Part shown: in pieces, positions 7,474 through 15,403 of the stretch
Layout of the letters: every line of letters starts with the position of its first letter
Position numbering within the stretch: the stretch's first letter is position 1
Assembly: GCA_031372065.1 (NCBI GenBank)
Contig: JANMKN010000401.1
Coordinates: 1 to 20,550, forward strand
Direction: 5' to 3'
From: Abditibacteriaceae bacterium
GTDB taxonomy: Bacteria; Armatimonadota; Abditibacteriia; Abditibacteriales; Abditibacteriaceae
DNA length: 20,550 nucleotides
Notes under the pieces: model-generated
The model's input: only the letters and a program-made list of their open reading frames with translations
Told to the model about the DNA's origin: nothing
Databases searched by the model: none
Program-made: the position numbers and the translations under genes

Positions 7474-8688
7474 TTACTCCACCTTCAGGCCATTTGAGCT
7501 TTTAGAAGACGCGCCACCGTAGGCTTGGAAAATGCGGCCTTGTGCGCGGATTTTGGATTCATCCACAGTTTCCTTGGCCGACACAGGCACCGACACAATT
7601 TGCATATTGCCGTCGCTGACATAGCGCTCGCTGGGGTTGGCCTCGAAATATTTGAGCCAATATTCCAGCGTGCCGGGTTGTTTGGCAGCGCGAGCATTGG
7701 GCGTAATGCGCTCCAAACGCACCGCATTAAAGGCGCAGTGAGATTGTGAGGAAAGCTTGGCATCATTGCGCGTAATGGGCGACAGCACCGGGCGCCACGC
7801 CGCCAAGAACACAGCCTTGTGGCTATAATTCACGCCGCCGCTGGAACCGGAGAGCAGCACTTTGCGTGCGGCTTCGGCGCGCGGCAATTTGCCATAGGGC
7901 AGTGCGAAAACCTGCATCGTGGCTTCCGGTGCAATGGCCGTGATGTCGCGCCGCGCCGTTGCTAATTCCCACTGCACCTTCCCGGCGTTCATACCGCGCA
8001 TATTAGAATGCGTCGAGGTGTGATTGGCGATTTCATAACCGTTCTTGAGCAGAAACGAGAACTTCTCGCTCACGCCTTCGGCCTGTCCGAACGGGTTGCC
8101 ATTAGTTCCTTCTTTGGGCAAAACGAAAAACGTTGCTTTGGTCGCCCAATCGGGATGCTGCTCATGAAACTTCTGTAGGATGCCAACACCGCAATCGCGG
8201 TCAATCACAGTCTGCCCACTGGCGCCCGCTTTCAGATGAAATTGCGTTGGGAGTGCATCATCGAAGGTAATGACGATGGGCGTTTTGCCCGGCGGCACGT
8301 CCATGCGGTTTTCTACAAGCTCCGAAGCCGTCACGGGGCGATAGCCTTGCGCATAAAGCGTCGCCAAATCTTTACGGAAGGAATCGGGACGGCGATTCAA
8401 ATCGTTATCCGCTTCTTTTGGCTCTATGCGGTGATACATTAGCACCATTACCGCGCCCGCTTCGTTGGGCTTGTATTTCTGCAAATCGCCCTCGCTGATG
8501 CGTGCCGGCGTCGGTTTGGGCGTTGGCTGCGCCGGAGGCGCAGTGCCGGGACGATTGCAGCCACTCGTAGTGAAAATTAACAACAAACCTGTCAAAGCCG
8601 GGCCAAGCACGCGCCGTGCCAGCCGAGAATACAGCCGATTATGAACACTTGAAAACTGAGAGTTGAGGGTGGAGACGAGAGAGCGCAT
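7474..8688 (-). CDS. CE4 polysaccharide deacetylase family lipoprotein
   Basis: Hydrophobic segment ending in TSG-C (lipobox-like), Pro-rich linker, VLMYH, ITFDD, ATFF, EIANHTSTH and FALPYG. Confidence 0.88.
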   Translation of the reverse strand: MRSLVSTLNSQFSSVHNRLYSRLARRVLGPALTGLLLIFTTSGCNRPGTAPPAQPTPKPTPARISEGDLQKYKPNEAGAVMVLMYHRIEPKEADNDLNRRPDSFRKDLATLYAQGYRPVTASELVENRMDVPPGKTPIVITFDDALPTQFHLKAGASGQTVIDRDCGVGILQKFHEQHPDWATKATFFVLPKEGTNGNPFGQAEGVSEKFSFLLKNGYEIANHTSTHSNMRGMNAGKVQWELATARRDITAIAPEATMQVFALPYGKLPRAEAARKVLLSGSSGGVNYSHKAVFLAAWRPVLSPITRNDAKLSSQSHCAFNAVRLERITPNARAAKQPGTLEYWLKYFEANPSERYVSDGNMQIVSVPVSAKETVDESKIRAQGRIFQAYGGASSKSSNGLKVE

Positions 8689-8796
8689 TGATTTGGAAGT
8701 CTCTCTGTAGTCTCACCGTATTACAAGGGGATGAGAGGCAGACAATTCGGCCTCTTATTGAATCGTTCCGATGTGTGCTTATCCATTAGGATTTTT

Positions 8797-8881
8797 GAGA
8801 GCGGGACTAACGCACCCTTCAATCGAGTTGGTTCTGGCCCCCGCTGTCTGCACGATGGGAAGGTGTGTCAGCCCTGCTCTC
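8797..8881. repeat. Long imperfect inverted repeat (about 28-bp arms) downstream of the Calx-beta gene
   Basis: GAGAGCGGGACTAACGCACCCTTCAATCG (8797-8825) pairs with CGATGGGAAGGTGTGTCAGCCCTGCTCTC (8853-8881), with a few mismatches and bulges. Confidence 0.8.
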
Positions 8882-8904
8882 CAAGGCGAATTTACTTTGT
8901 TGGA

Positions 8905-11598
8905 TTAACCCGAACCATCATCGTTGAGAATGGTGCCGGTGCCTCGCGCATTGCCGATAGTGGCGTTTGTGGGCGCAGATAATAACAGGAAAAGCGTCTC
9001 GTCGCCTTCGGCCTGCGTGTCGCCATTGATTGCCACATAGATATTGCGGTTCAAGGCGGCGCCCGGCACGAAAGTAAGAGTGCCATTTTTTGCCGCATAA
9101 TCGCTGGTAGAGCGCGCCACGCCATCCGCCGTGGCAAATTTTACCGTTACAGTTTGACCGCTGGCCGCAGACAAACTTGCTTTAAAGACTAAAGATTTCG
9201 TGCCGCTATTGCCCTCGGCGATGCTCACATTAGTGACTGTAATGGACGGGGCGCGGTCATCGTTCAGAATCGTGCCAAGCGCCTGCAACGACCCAGAGGA
9301 CGTCCCGGCAATCGTGGCTGCCACGGGGCTGGTCAGGTCTACGAAAAACGTCTCGTTGGCTTCATTTAGCACATCGCCGTTAATGAAAACGCGCGCATAA
9401 GCAAACGAATTTCCTGTGGTAAAGGCGATTTGTGTGGGCGCAACAGCGACATAATCGTCGCCCGCTGATGCGGTGCCATCGGCTGTAGCAAAAGTCGCTT
9501 TGACCAATTGCCCACTGGGCGCCGAAAGTTTCAAGCGGAAAGAAGCGACACGCTGCCCGCTGTTGCCTTCGCCGATGCTCACATCGTCAATCGTGATTGA
9601 TGGAATCGGATCGTTGTCCACAATGGTGCCAATGCCACGGCCACGCCCGATGGAACAATTGACAGGCGAAGAAAGAAGCACAAAAAACGTCTCGTTGATT
9701 TCGTTAAACAAATCGCCCTTGATAGGCACGCTAAAGGTGTGACTTACCTCGCCGGGATTGTAAACCAGACGGGCGCCACCGCTGGTATAGTCGCCGGGCG
9801 AATGCGCCGAACCATTCGACGGAATGGCGTTAATGCTAATGGTTTGACTGCTTGCTTTTGAAAGCGTAATAGTAAAAGTCGCGTTCTGAGTGCCGGAATC
9901 GCCTTCGGTTACGGCCACATCATCAATTGCGACAGAGGGATTGCCCGAACTGGTATTCACCGTAAAATTGGCGGTGCTGGTGGCTGTGCCATCGGGAGTA
10001 GTCACGCTGATTTTGCCAGTTGTCACACCGGCGGGCGCGGTGGCGCTGATCTGTGTGTTGGAATTGACCGTAAAAGTGGCCGCTGTGCCGTTGAATTTCA
10101 CCTGCGTGGCGCCTGTGAAGTTGAGACCTGTAATTGTGACCACTGTGCCTGCGATTCCACTGGTGGGCGTGAAACTGGTAATCGCCGGACCGGGATTGAC
10201 GGTAATGCTCACCGTTGCAGTATTGCTGTTGGCCGCTCCGTCATTGGCGCGAAACGTGAAACTATCCGCGCCCGAATAATTAGTCGTCGGTGTGTAAGTG
10301 AGATTCGGGGCCGTGCCCGACAAACTGCCATGCGTTGGCGAGGCCACAATCGTATAAGTCAAGGCACTATTTTCTACATCCGTAGCCTGAAGCGTTATCG
10401 CCTTGGCCGTATTGAAATTCGTCGTCACCGATTGATTTTGCGCTACGGGAGCATCGTTCACAGCGTTCACCGTTAAAGTGAATTGCGAAGTGGCAGTGAG
10501 AGCGCCATCGCTGACAGTGAGCGTAATATCTGCACTTCCACTTTGATCGGCAGCAGGCGTGAGGGTGACCGTGCGATTGGTGCCACTGCCACCTAAGACG
10601 ATGCTACTTAAAGGCAGCAGCGTGGTGTTAGAAGAGGATCGTGTTACAGTCAGAGCATTGGGCGTTTCCGTATCGTTGACTGTAAAAGTAAGCGGGCCTT
10701 TAACCGTATCTTCGTTGGTGGTTTGGTTGGCAATAGCGCTAACTGCGGGCGCTGTGTTAGCAGGCGCCTCCTTGCGCAATAAAATGTCTTTGCCGCTGGC
10801 GCCACCAACATAAGTAATTGTTAAATCAACGCCGTTGACTGTAACAATGTCGCCTTCGTTAAGCGCAGTGCCATTACCTCTGGACAACAATCCAGTGCGC
10901 AAACCACCGGACAATTGCATCAGCGTGAATTCGTCACCGGCTGCGGCTGAAAAATTGGCTGGGAAATCCAGTTGTAGTTTGGTATTCGTCAACTGCACAT
11001 CTCCAGCATTGATGTTCAGTTTGTTCGTGGTGCCACCGCCGATGAACAGCTTAAGTGTGCTGTCTGTGATCACGATTTGGTCGCCCGCGCGCGTGGCGGC
11101 AATGGAAAGTGTTCCAACTGGATTAATGGTAGCCGATTGGAACAAAATGGATTGCGTATTTGCGCCTGCACCCGATGCTGTCACATAACCAAAGCCCGTA
11201 AAAAGGCCGCCCAAGGCAGAATCTCCAACGACAGGCCCATTGACATTAAAAGTCACGGTTTCAATGCCGCCGCCCTGCATATTAAGAATCCCCGTCTTGT
11301 CGATGAGAACAAATGCAGTATTTGCCGAACAAGAGTTGTCAGGCAGCAAAAGACCATCAGGGTCCATGCGCAAAGTTTGCGTTTGGGTAATCGTGCCGTC
11401 ATTAGCGCCAAAGGTAACGTTACCCACACCGGCTTCGGTGGTGTTGACGACATATTCCAAACTGGGTGTGCCGCTGCCATCGGGCGCGAAAGTAAAAGCA
11501 TCACCACCGCACGCCATTGCTAAACGAATAGTCATCAGCAGCGCCGCGACGACAAGAAGTGACCTTTGCCAATGCCCGATAAAGTTGCGTTTCTCCAT
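8905..11598 (-). CDS. Secreted adhesin-like protein: beta-rich N-domain, two cadherin-like/Ig (Big_9-type) domains, one IPT/TIG domain, three Calx-beta domains
   Basis: GGTGGAG RBS before ATG 11598 and a signal peptide. Ig-like domains NTAP...NEDT and VNDAPVA...YTP...GADSFTF; IPT domain PAITSFTPTSG..GTVVTITG; three PS(V/I)xxxxV.(V/I).EG(D/N)SG...GTIxxxD Calx-beta repeats. Confidence 0.88.
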   Translation of the reverse strand: MEKRNFIGHWQRSLLVVAALLMTIRLAMACGGDAFTFAPDGSGTPSLEYVVNTTEAGVGNVTFGANDGTITQTQTLRMDPDGLLLPDNSCSANTAFVLIDKTGILNMQGGGIETVTFNVNGPVVGDSALGGLFTGFGYVTASGAGANTQSILFQSATINPVGTLSIAATRAGDQIVITDSTLKLFIGGGTTNKLNINAGDVQLTNTKLQLDFPANFSAAAGDEFTLMQLSGGLRTGLLSRGNGTALNEGDIVTVNGVDLTITYVGGASGKDILLRKEAPANTAPAVSAIANQTTNEDTVKGPLTFTVNDTETPNALTVTRSSSNTTLLPLSSIVLGGSGTNRTVTLTPAADQSGSADITLTVSDGALTATSQFTLTVNAVNDAPVAQNQSVTTNFNTAKAITLQATDVENSALTYTIVASPTHGSLSGTAPNLTYTPTTNYSGADSFTFRANDGAANSNTATVSITVNPGPAITSFTPTSGIAGTVVTITGLNFTGATQVKFNGTAATFTVNSNTQISATAPAGVTTGKISVTTPDGTATSTANFTVNTSSGNPSVAIDDVAVTEGDSGTQNATFTITLSKASSQTISINAIPSNGSAHSPGDYTSGGARLVYNPGEVSHTFSVPIKGDLFNEINETFFVLLSSPVNCSIGRGRGIGTIVDNDPIPSITIDDVSIGEGNSGQRVASFRLKLSAPSGQLVKATFATADGTASAGDDYVAVAPTQIAFTTGNSFAYARVFINGDVLNEANETFFVDLTSPVAATIAGTSSGSLQALGTILNDDRAPSITVTNVSIAEGNSGTKSLVFKASLSAASGQTVTVKFATADGVARSTSDYAAKNGTLTFVPGAALNRNIYVAINGDTQAEGDETLFLLLSAPTNATIGNARGTGTILNDDGSG

Positions 11599-11632
11599 AA
11601 AAACTCCACCATCAGACTTGCAGAGCAAGTTG

Positions 11633-14600
11633 TTAAAATCTTCCGGTATAACCGGCCACTAACCGGCGCCCCTCTGTTGGGACATCATTGAAAATGATTC
11701 TCTGACTGTCGAAAACATTCAACACCGACAGAAAAACTTCGTGCTTGACCGATGATTCTTTCGCCAGAGTCAGATCAACATAAGTTTTGGCCGGGAATCG
11801 AGGACGTGGCCCTCCACCAGCAGTGCCCATATCATCAAAAAATGAACCAATGCGGTTGATTTGCAAACCGAGTTTAGTTCCAGATGCGTTGACATAATTT
11901 AAGCCCACAGCCGCCTGATTATTGGGATGATAAGGCAGCGTCTGCCCCTTGACAGCAACGCCGGGAGTGTTGCCCGTCGTTTTGTTAACGGCGAGCAACG
12001 CCTGTCCGAAAAGGCTGCGCGTAAAGCTGTGTTCAAAGCGAATTCCGGCTCCTGTGCGTTTGACATCTGTCAACAACAACTCACGCGAAACATTGTTGCC
12101 AGAATTGGGATTGCTGAAGCCGGACACATTATATTTGGTTGAATCTGCTGTGGTGCGAAACAAAAAGAATTTCAGAAACGAACCCGGCCCGAAATAATGT
12201 TCCGCATCTACTTCGTAAGACTTCATGTCATCAGGCAAGCCAAAGGGCAAAGTTTGATCTTCCGTTGAAGTATTGCTATCCACAGGAATAAAAATGCTGG
12301 TTGCCACATCCGTTGAGCGATGATTGGTGATGAAGCGCAGTTGCGTTTTGGGAGTGAGTTGGTAATTGGCGACCAAACTCGGCATCACGTCAGAATCTTT
12401 ACTGCGCTCTGGCGCAAGATCAAAACGCGGCAGTGTAGGCGAAAGCGATGTAAAGATGGAATCAATGGCGACTTTTTGCTTTTGGTAGCGCAGTTGTCCG
12501 GCAAATGAAAGTCGTTGGCCTAAACGCTGCCCCAATTGCAAATAGGCGATGTCGGTATCTACCAAATTGGGTTGCACCAAAATGCCCAAGTCCTCTTTGA
12601 GGCCAATCGCATTGCTAAAAAGTTGGGTAGTTTTTTGCCGCGTGCGCAATTGGGTTGCGCCCACTGTAAATAAGCCCGTTGAAGATGATAAAAAGTTCGT
12701 TGGCAAATCCAAGCGGACTTCGCGCGACACCACATCGGCGCGCCGTAAACTTTGCGGCACGTTGATGAGAGAAATCGCCTTCGATCCGCGAAACGACGAA
12801 TCCCGCCCCGGATTAAAACGATCATCACGGCTGACGAAATCACGATAACCGGCCCATAAATAGGCTTGTCGCGCAATACGTTTGCGTCCGCCCAAAACAG
12901 CTTCATTCAAGCGAATCTTGTTACGGTCATCAAGGACGGGTTTGGTAAGTGTGCCGGGTAAGCCTTCGGAGATTTCGAGATGTGTGAGATTCAGGTAAGC
13001 ATTGGTTTTCGGGTTGATGCTGTAAGTCAAGTTTTGATCGGCGACAAAACGCCCCGCATCGTCATTAGCACGTTCACCTTTGTCTTGTCGCTGTTCGATG
13101 CTGCCAATCGCATTAAAATCGCCGTCCAAAGCGCGGTCACGATGCTTCAAGTTGGCATTCCAATTTCGGCTACCACCCGCAGCGGTTGCTTCGGTATTGA
13201 TGCCGCCACGCAGCAACTGCTCAGAAATTGCGGGATCAAGTAAAAATGCTTGGCGCGTGCCAATGTCTTGCGTGCGTTGTGTTGCGCGCGGATCGCCTTC
13301 GACGAGTTGCTGCGAAAACTGAGCTAACGCAAACGCATTTTGCGGGTCAAGCGCCAATGCTGTGCGCAATTCGCGTTGCGACTGCGAATTCAGGCCACTA
13401 AACGAATAAATCTGCCCTAAAACTGCGTGATATTGCGCTATTTGCGGCGCTAATTGAACGGCTTTTTGCCCTGCGCTAATGGCTAAATCCAAACGGTTGG
13501 CATCTAAGGCCACTTTTGCCAAACCAGCATACGCCAAGGCACTTGGCGCTTGTTTAATGGCGTCCTGAAACATCTTAATCGCTTTGGGATAATCCGCCTG
13601 CTCGTAATAAAATTCGCCCAAAGCTGACAACACGTCTTTGTTGCCGGGCAAACGCGCTTGAACATCAGTTAAAACCGCGATAGCTTCGGTTTTGCGGCCC
13701 ATGCGTGTGTAAACGCGCGCCAAGCCTGCCGCTGCGGGCAAATAATCGGGCGCGAGACGCAAACTTTCTTTTAAATCGCTGACGGCATGACGATAATCGC
13801 GGCGCTGCGCCCCAGCGATTCCCAACAAATAATGCGCGGGCGCCAATTGCGGGTCAAGCGCGACGGCTTGCGCCGCCATGCGCTGTGCGCCGTCCACATC
13901 GCCGCGTGCCAATAATGCCTGTCCCAGTGCCACGCGCGCCGCAGGGGAATTTGGACTTAATGCAGCGGCCAAACGTGCTTCGCGCTCGGACTGTTGTGCA
14001 TCGCCGCCATAAAAATAGGCCAATGCCAAATTGCCATGCGCCAAGGCCGAAAAGGGCGCCATTTTCGTCGCCATTTGTCCTTGGTTGATAGCTAAAGCAC
14101 CATTCGATTGCGCCACAGCCACTAAAGCCAACCACGCGTGCGCCTGATAATGATAAGCCGCCGCTTCGCCTTGCAGCGCGGCCTCGAAAGCCGCTTTCGC
14201 TTCGTTCGATTTGGCAGGCTGGCGCATCAAAGCCAAACCTAAGGCAATGTTGGCTTCAGCGCTTTTTTTATCGGTGGCGAGCGCGCGTTCGGCAATTGTT
14301 TGCGCTTCTTGCGGACGATTTTGCGCCAATCGCAATTGCGCGGCACCAATCAATGCCGGGACGTAATTTGCGTTTGCTTGCAACGCCATCTCAAAAGCGC
14401 GCTGCGCTTCGTCGAAACTACTTAATTCAAAATGGGCGTAGCCAAGACGCGTTAAAGTCGAAGTTTGACGCGGCGCAATTTGATCGGCGCGCTGCCAAGT
14501 AGACAGTGCTTTTGCAAAATCGCCGGCGTCGAATAATGCATCGCCGTATTGCAAATTGCTTTCAGCGCTATCTGGCTGCGCGGCGACTTCTTTAGCGCGG

Positions 14601-15277
14601 CGCGCGATTTCGGAGGCCAACGCCGTGCGGATGCCGGGCGTGTCGGTGAAAAATTTCTCGCGCGGAATGACGGCCTGATCAAGATCAAACGTCCATTCAA
14701 TAATTAAACCGGCATTGGGAACGGTGACAGGTGTGGTCGGCGCCGCATCGGGGCGTGCAGTGCTTTGCTGCGAAGTGCTGACCACCGTCGCGCCGAATTT
14801 GTTATAAAAATCCACTTCGCCATCCACAACGGTTAGCGTGGTGGCGCCGTCTTCGGCGATGCTCAAATTGATGACGGTGCCCGCCACACCCAATGTGGCA
14901 CTGGGCGTTTGCACAGCGCTTCCGGGACGCAAACGCGCCCAAATCTGGCCGCTTAGGGCGCGCACAAAACTTTGCCGCCCGTTGGTTTTAATCGGAGCCG
15001 TGATTTCAACAGCAGAATTCGCATTAAGGCTGAATTGTGAGCCGTCGTTGAACAACAGCTTGGCTTTACCGGCTGGCCCGGTGCCAACCATATCGCCAAC
15101 ATACAGCACGCCGTTAGCCGACAAGTCCACAAATTTTGCTGCGCCTTTGCGTTTGACGAGGAGCTTTCCATGCGAGGAAAGCACACCCGCCACCGAAGAA
15201 GCGGCATTACATAAAGGAGGCAATGCCCAAAATAAAACGATTCCCAACAGGAAAAACCAGAGTTGTCTGGAGCGCAT
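11633..15277 (-). CDS. Outer-membrane protein: signal peptide, FecR domain, TPR array and TonB-dependent-receptor-like beta-barrel
   Basis: GAGGA RBS. FecR motifs GDMVGTG...LLFNDGS...L.ANS and VQTPSATLGVAGT...TVVDGEV. Many Ala-rich TPRs (about aa 235-660, e.g. ALDPQLAPAHYLLG). C-terminal region of roughly 520 aa with amphipathic strands, LSVLNVFD and terminal GYTGRF. Confidence 0.85.
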   Translation of the reverse strand: MRSRQLWFFLLGIVLFWALPPLCNAASSVAGVLSSHGKLLVKRKGAAKFVDLSANGVLYVGDMVGTGPAGKAKLLFNDGSQFSLNANSAVEITAPIKTNGRQSFVRALSGQIWARLRPGSAVQTPSATLGVAGTVINLSIAEDGATTLTVVDGEVDFYNKFGATVVSTSQQSTARPDAAPTTPVTVPNAGLIIEWTFDLDQAVIPREKFFTDTPGIRTALASEIARRAKEVAAQPDSAESNLQYGDALFDAGDFAKALSTWQRADQIAPRQTSTLTRLGYAHFELSSFDEAQRAFEMALQANANYVPALIGAAQLRLAQNRPQEAQTIAERALATDKKSAEANIALGLALMRQPAKSNEAKAAFEAALQGEAAAYHYQAHAWLALVAVAQSNGALAINQGQMATKMAPFSALAHGNLALAYFYGGDAQQSEREARLAAALSPNSPAARVALGQALLARGDVDGAQRMAAQAVALDPQLAPAHYLLGIAGAQRRDYRHAVSDLKESLRLAPDYLPAAAGLARVYTRMGRKTEAIAVLTDVQARLPGNKDVLSALGEFYYEQADYPKAIKMFQDAIKQAPSALAYAGLAKVALDANRLDLAISAGQKAVQLAPQIAQYHAVLGQIYSFSGLNSQSQRELRTALALDPQNAFALAQFSQQLVEGDPRATQRTQDIGTRQAFLLDPAISEQLLRGGINTEATAAGGSRNWNANLKHRDRALDGDFNAIGSIEQRQDKGERANDDAGRFVADQNLTYSINPKTNAYLNLTHLEISEGLPGTLTKPVLDDRNKIRLNEAVLGGRKRIARQAYLWAGYRDFVSRDDRFNPGRDSSFRGSKAISLINVPQSLRRADVVSREVRLDLPTNFLSSSTGLFTVGATQLRTRQKTTQLFSNAIGLKEDLGILVQPNLVDTDIAYLQLGQRLGQRLSFAGQLRYQKQKVAIDSIFTSLSPTLPRFDLAPERSKDSDVMPSLVANYQLTPKTQLRFITNHRSTDVATSIFIPVDSNTSTEDQTLPFGLPDDMKSYEVDAEHYFGPGSFLKFFLFRTTADSTKYNVSGFSNPNSGNNVSRELLLTDVKRTGAGIRFEHSFTRSLFGQALLAVNKTTGNTPGVAVKGQTLPYHPNNQAAVGLNYVNASGTKLGLQINRIGSFFDDMGTAGGGPRPRFPAKTYVDLTLAKESSVKHEVFLSVLNVFDSQRIIFNDVPTEGRRLVAGYTGRF

Positions 15278-15375
15278 AAAGCATTCCTCAAATAAAACTA
15301 CACAGACCGCGTTTCCGGCAAAGGCAAAGTCTGCTTTGGCTCATTTACAACATCAATTTCTTGTGTTGCTGCCAT

Positions 15376-15403
15376 AAATTAAACGGCATCAAATTAAACG
15401 GCA
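15376..15403. repeat. 13-bp direct repeat spanning the cyclase stop codon
   Basis: AAATTAAACGGCA at 15376-15388 and 15391-15403. Confidence 0.8.

Noticed and set aside
8689..8904. SRP RNA, 6S RNA, tRNA or cyclic-dinucleotide riboswitch
   Set aside because: No SRP helix-8 motif, cloverleaf, 6S-length rod with central bubble, or riboswitch consensus was found by eye. A cmscan run would be decisive.
8731..8982. 83-aa plus-strand ORF as a possible small toxin gene
   Set aside because: Runs through two hairpins and into the adhesin gene antisense; no hydrophobic helix or known motif.
9200..15377. Numerous plus-strand ORFs within the adhesin and FecR-TPR-barrel genes
   Set aside because: Antisense shadows of long, domain-supported genes.
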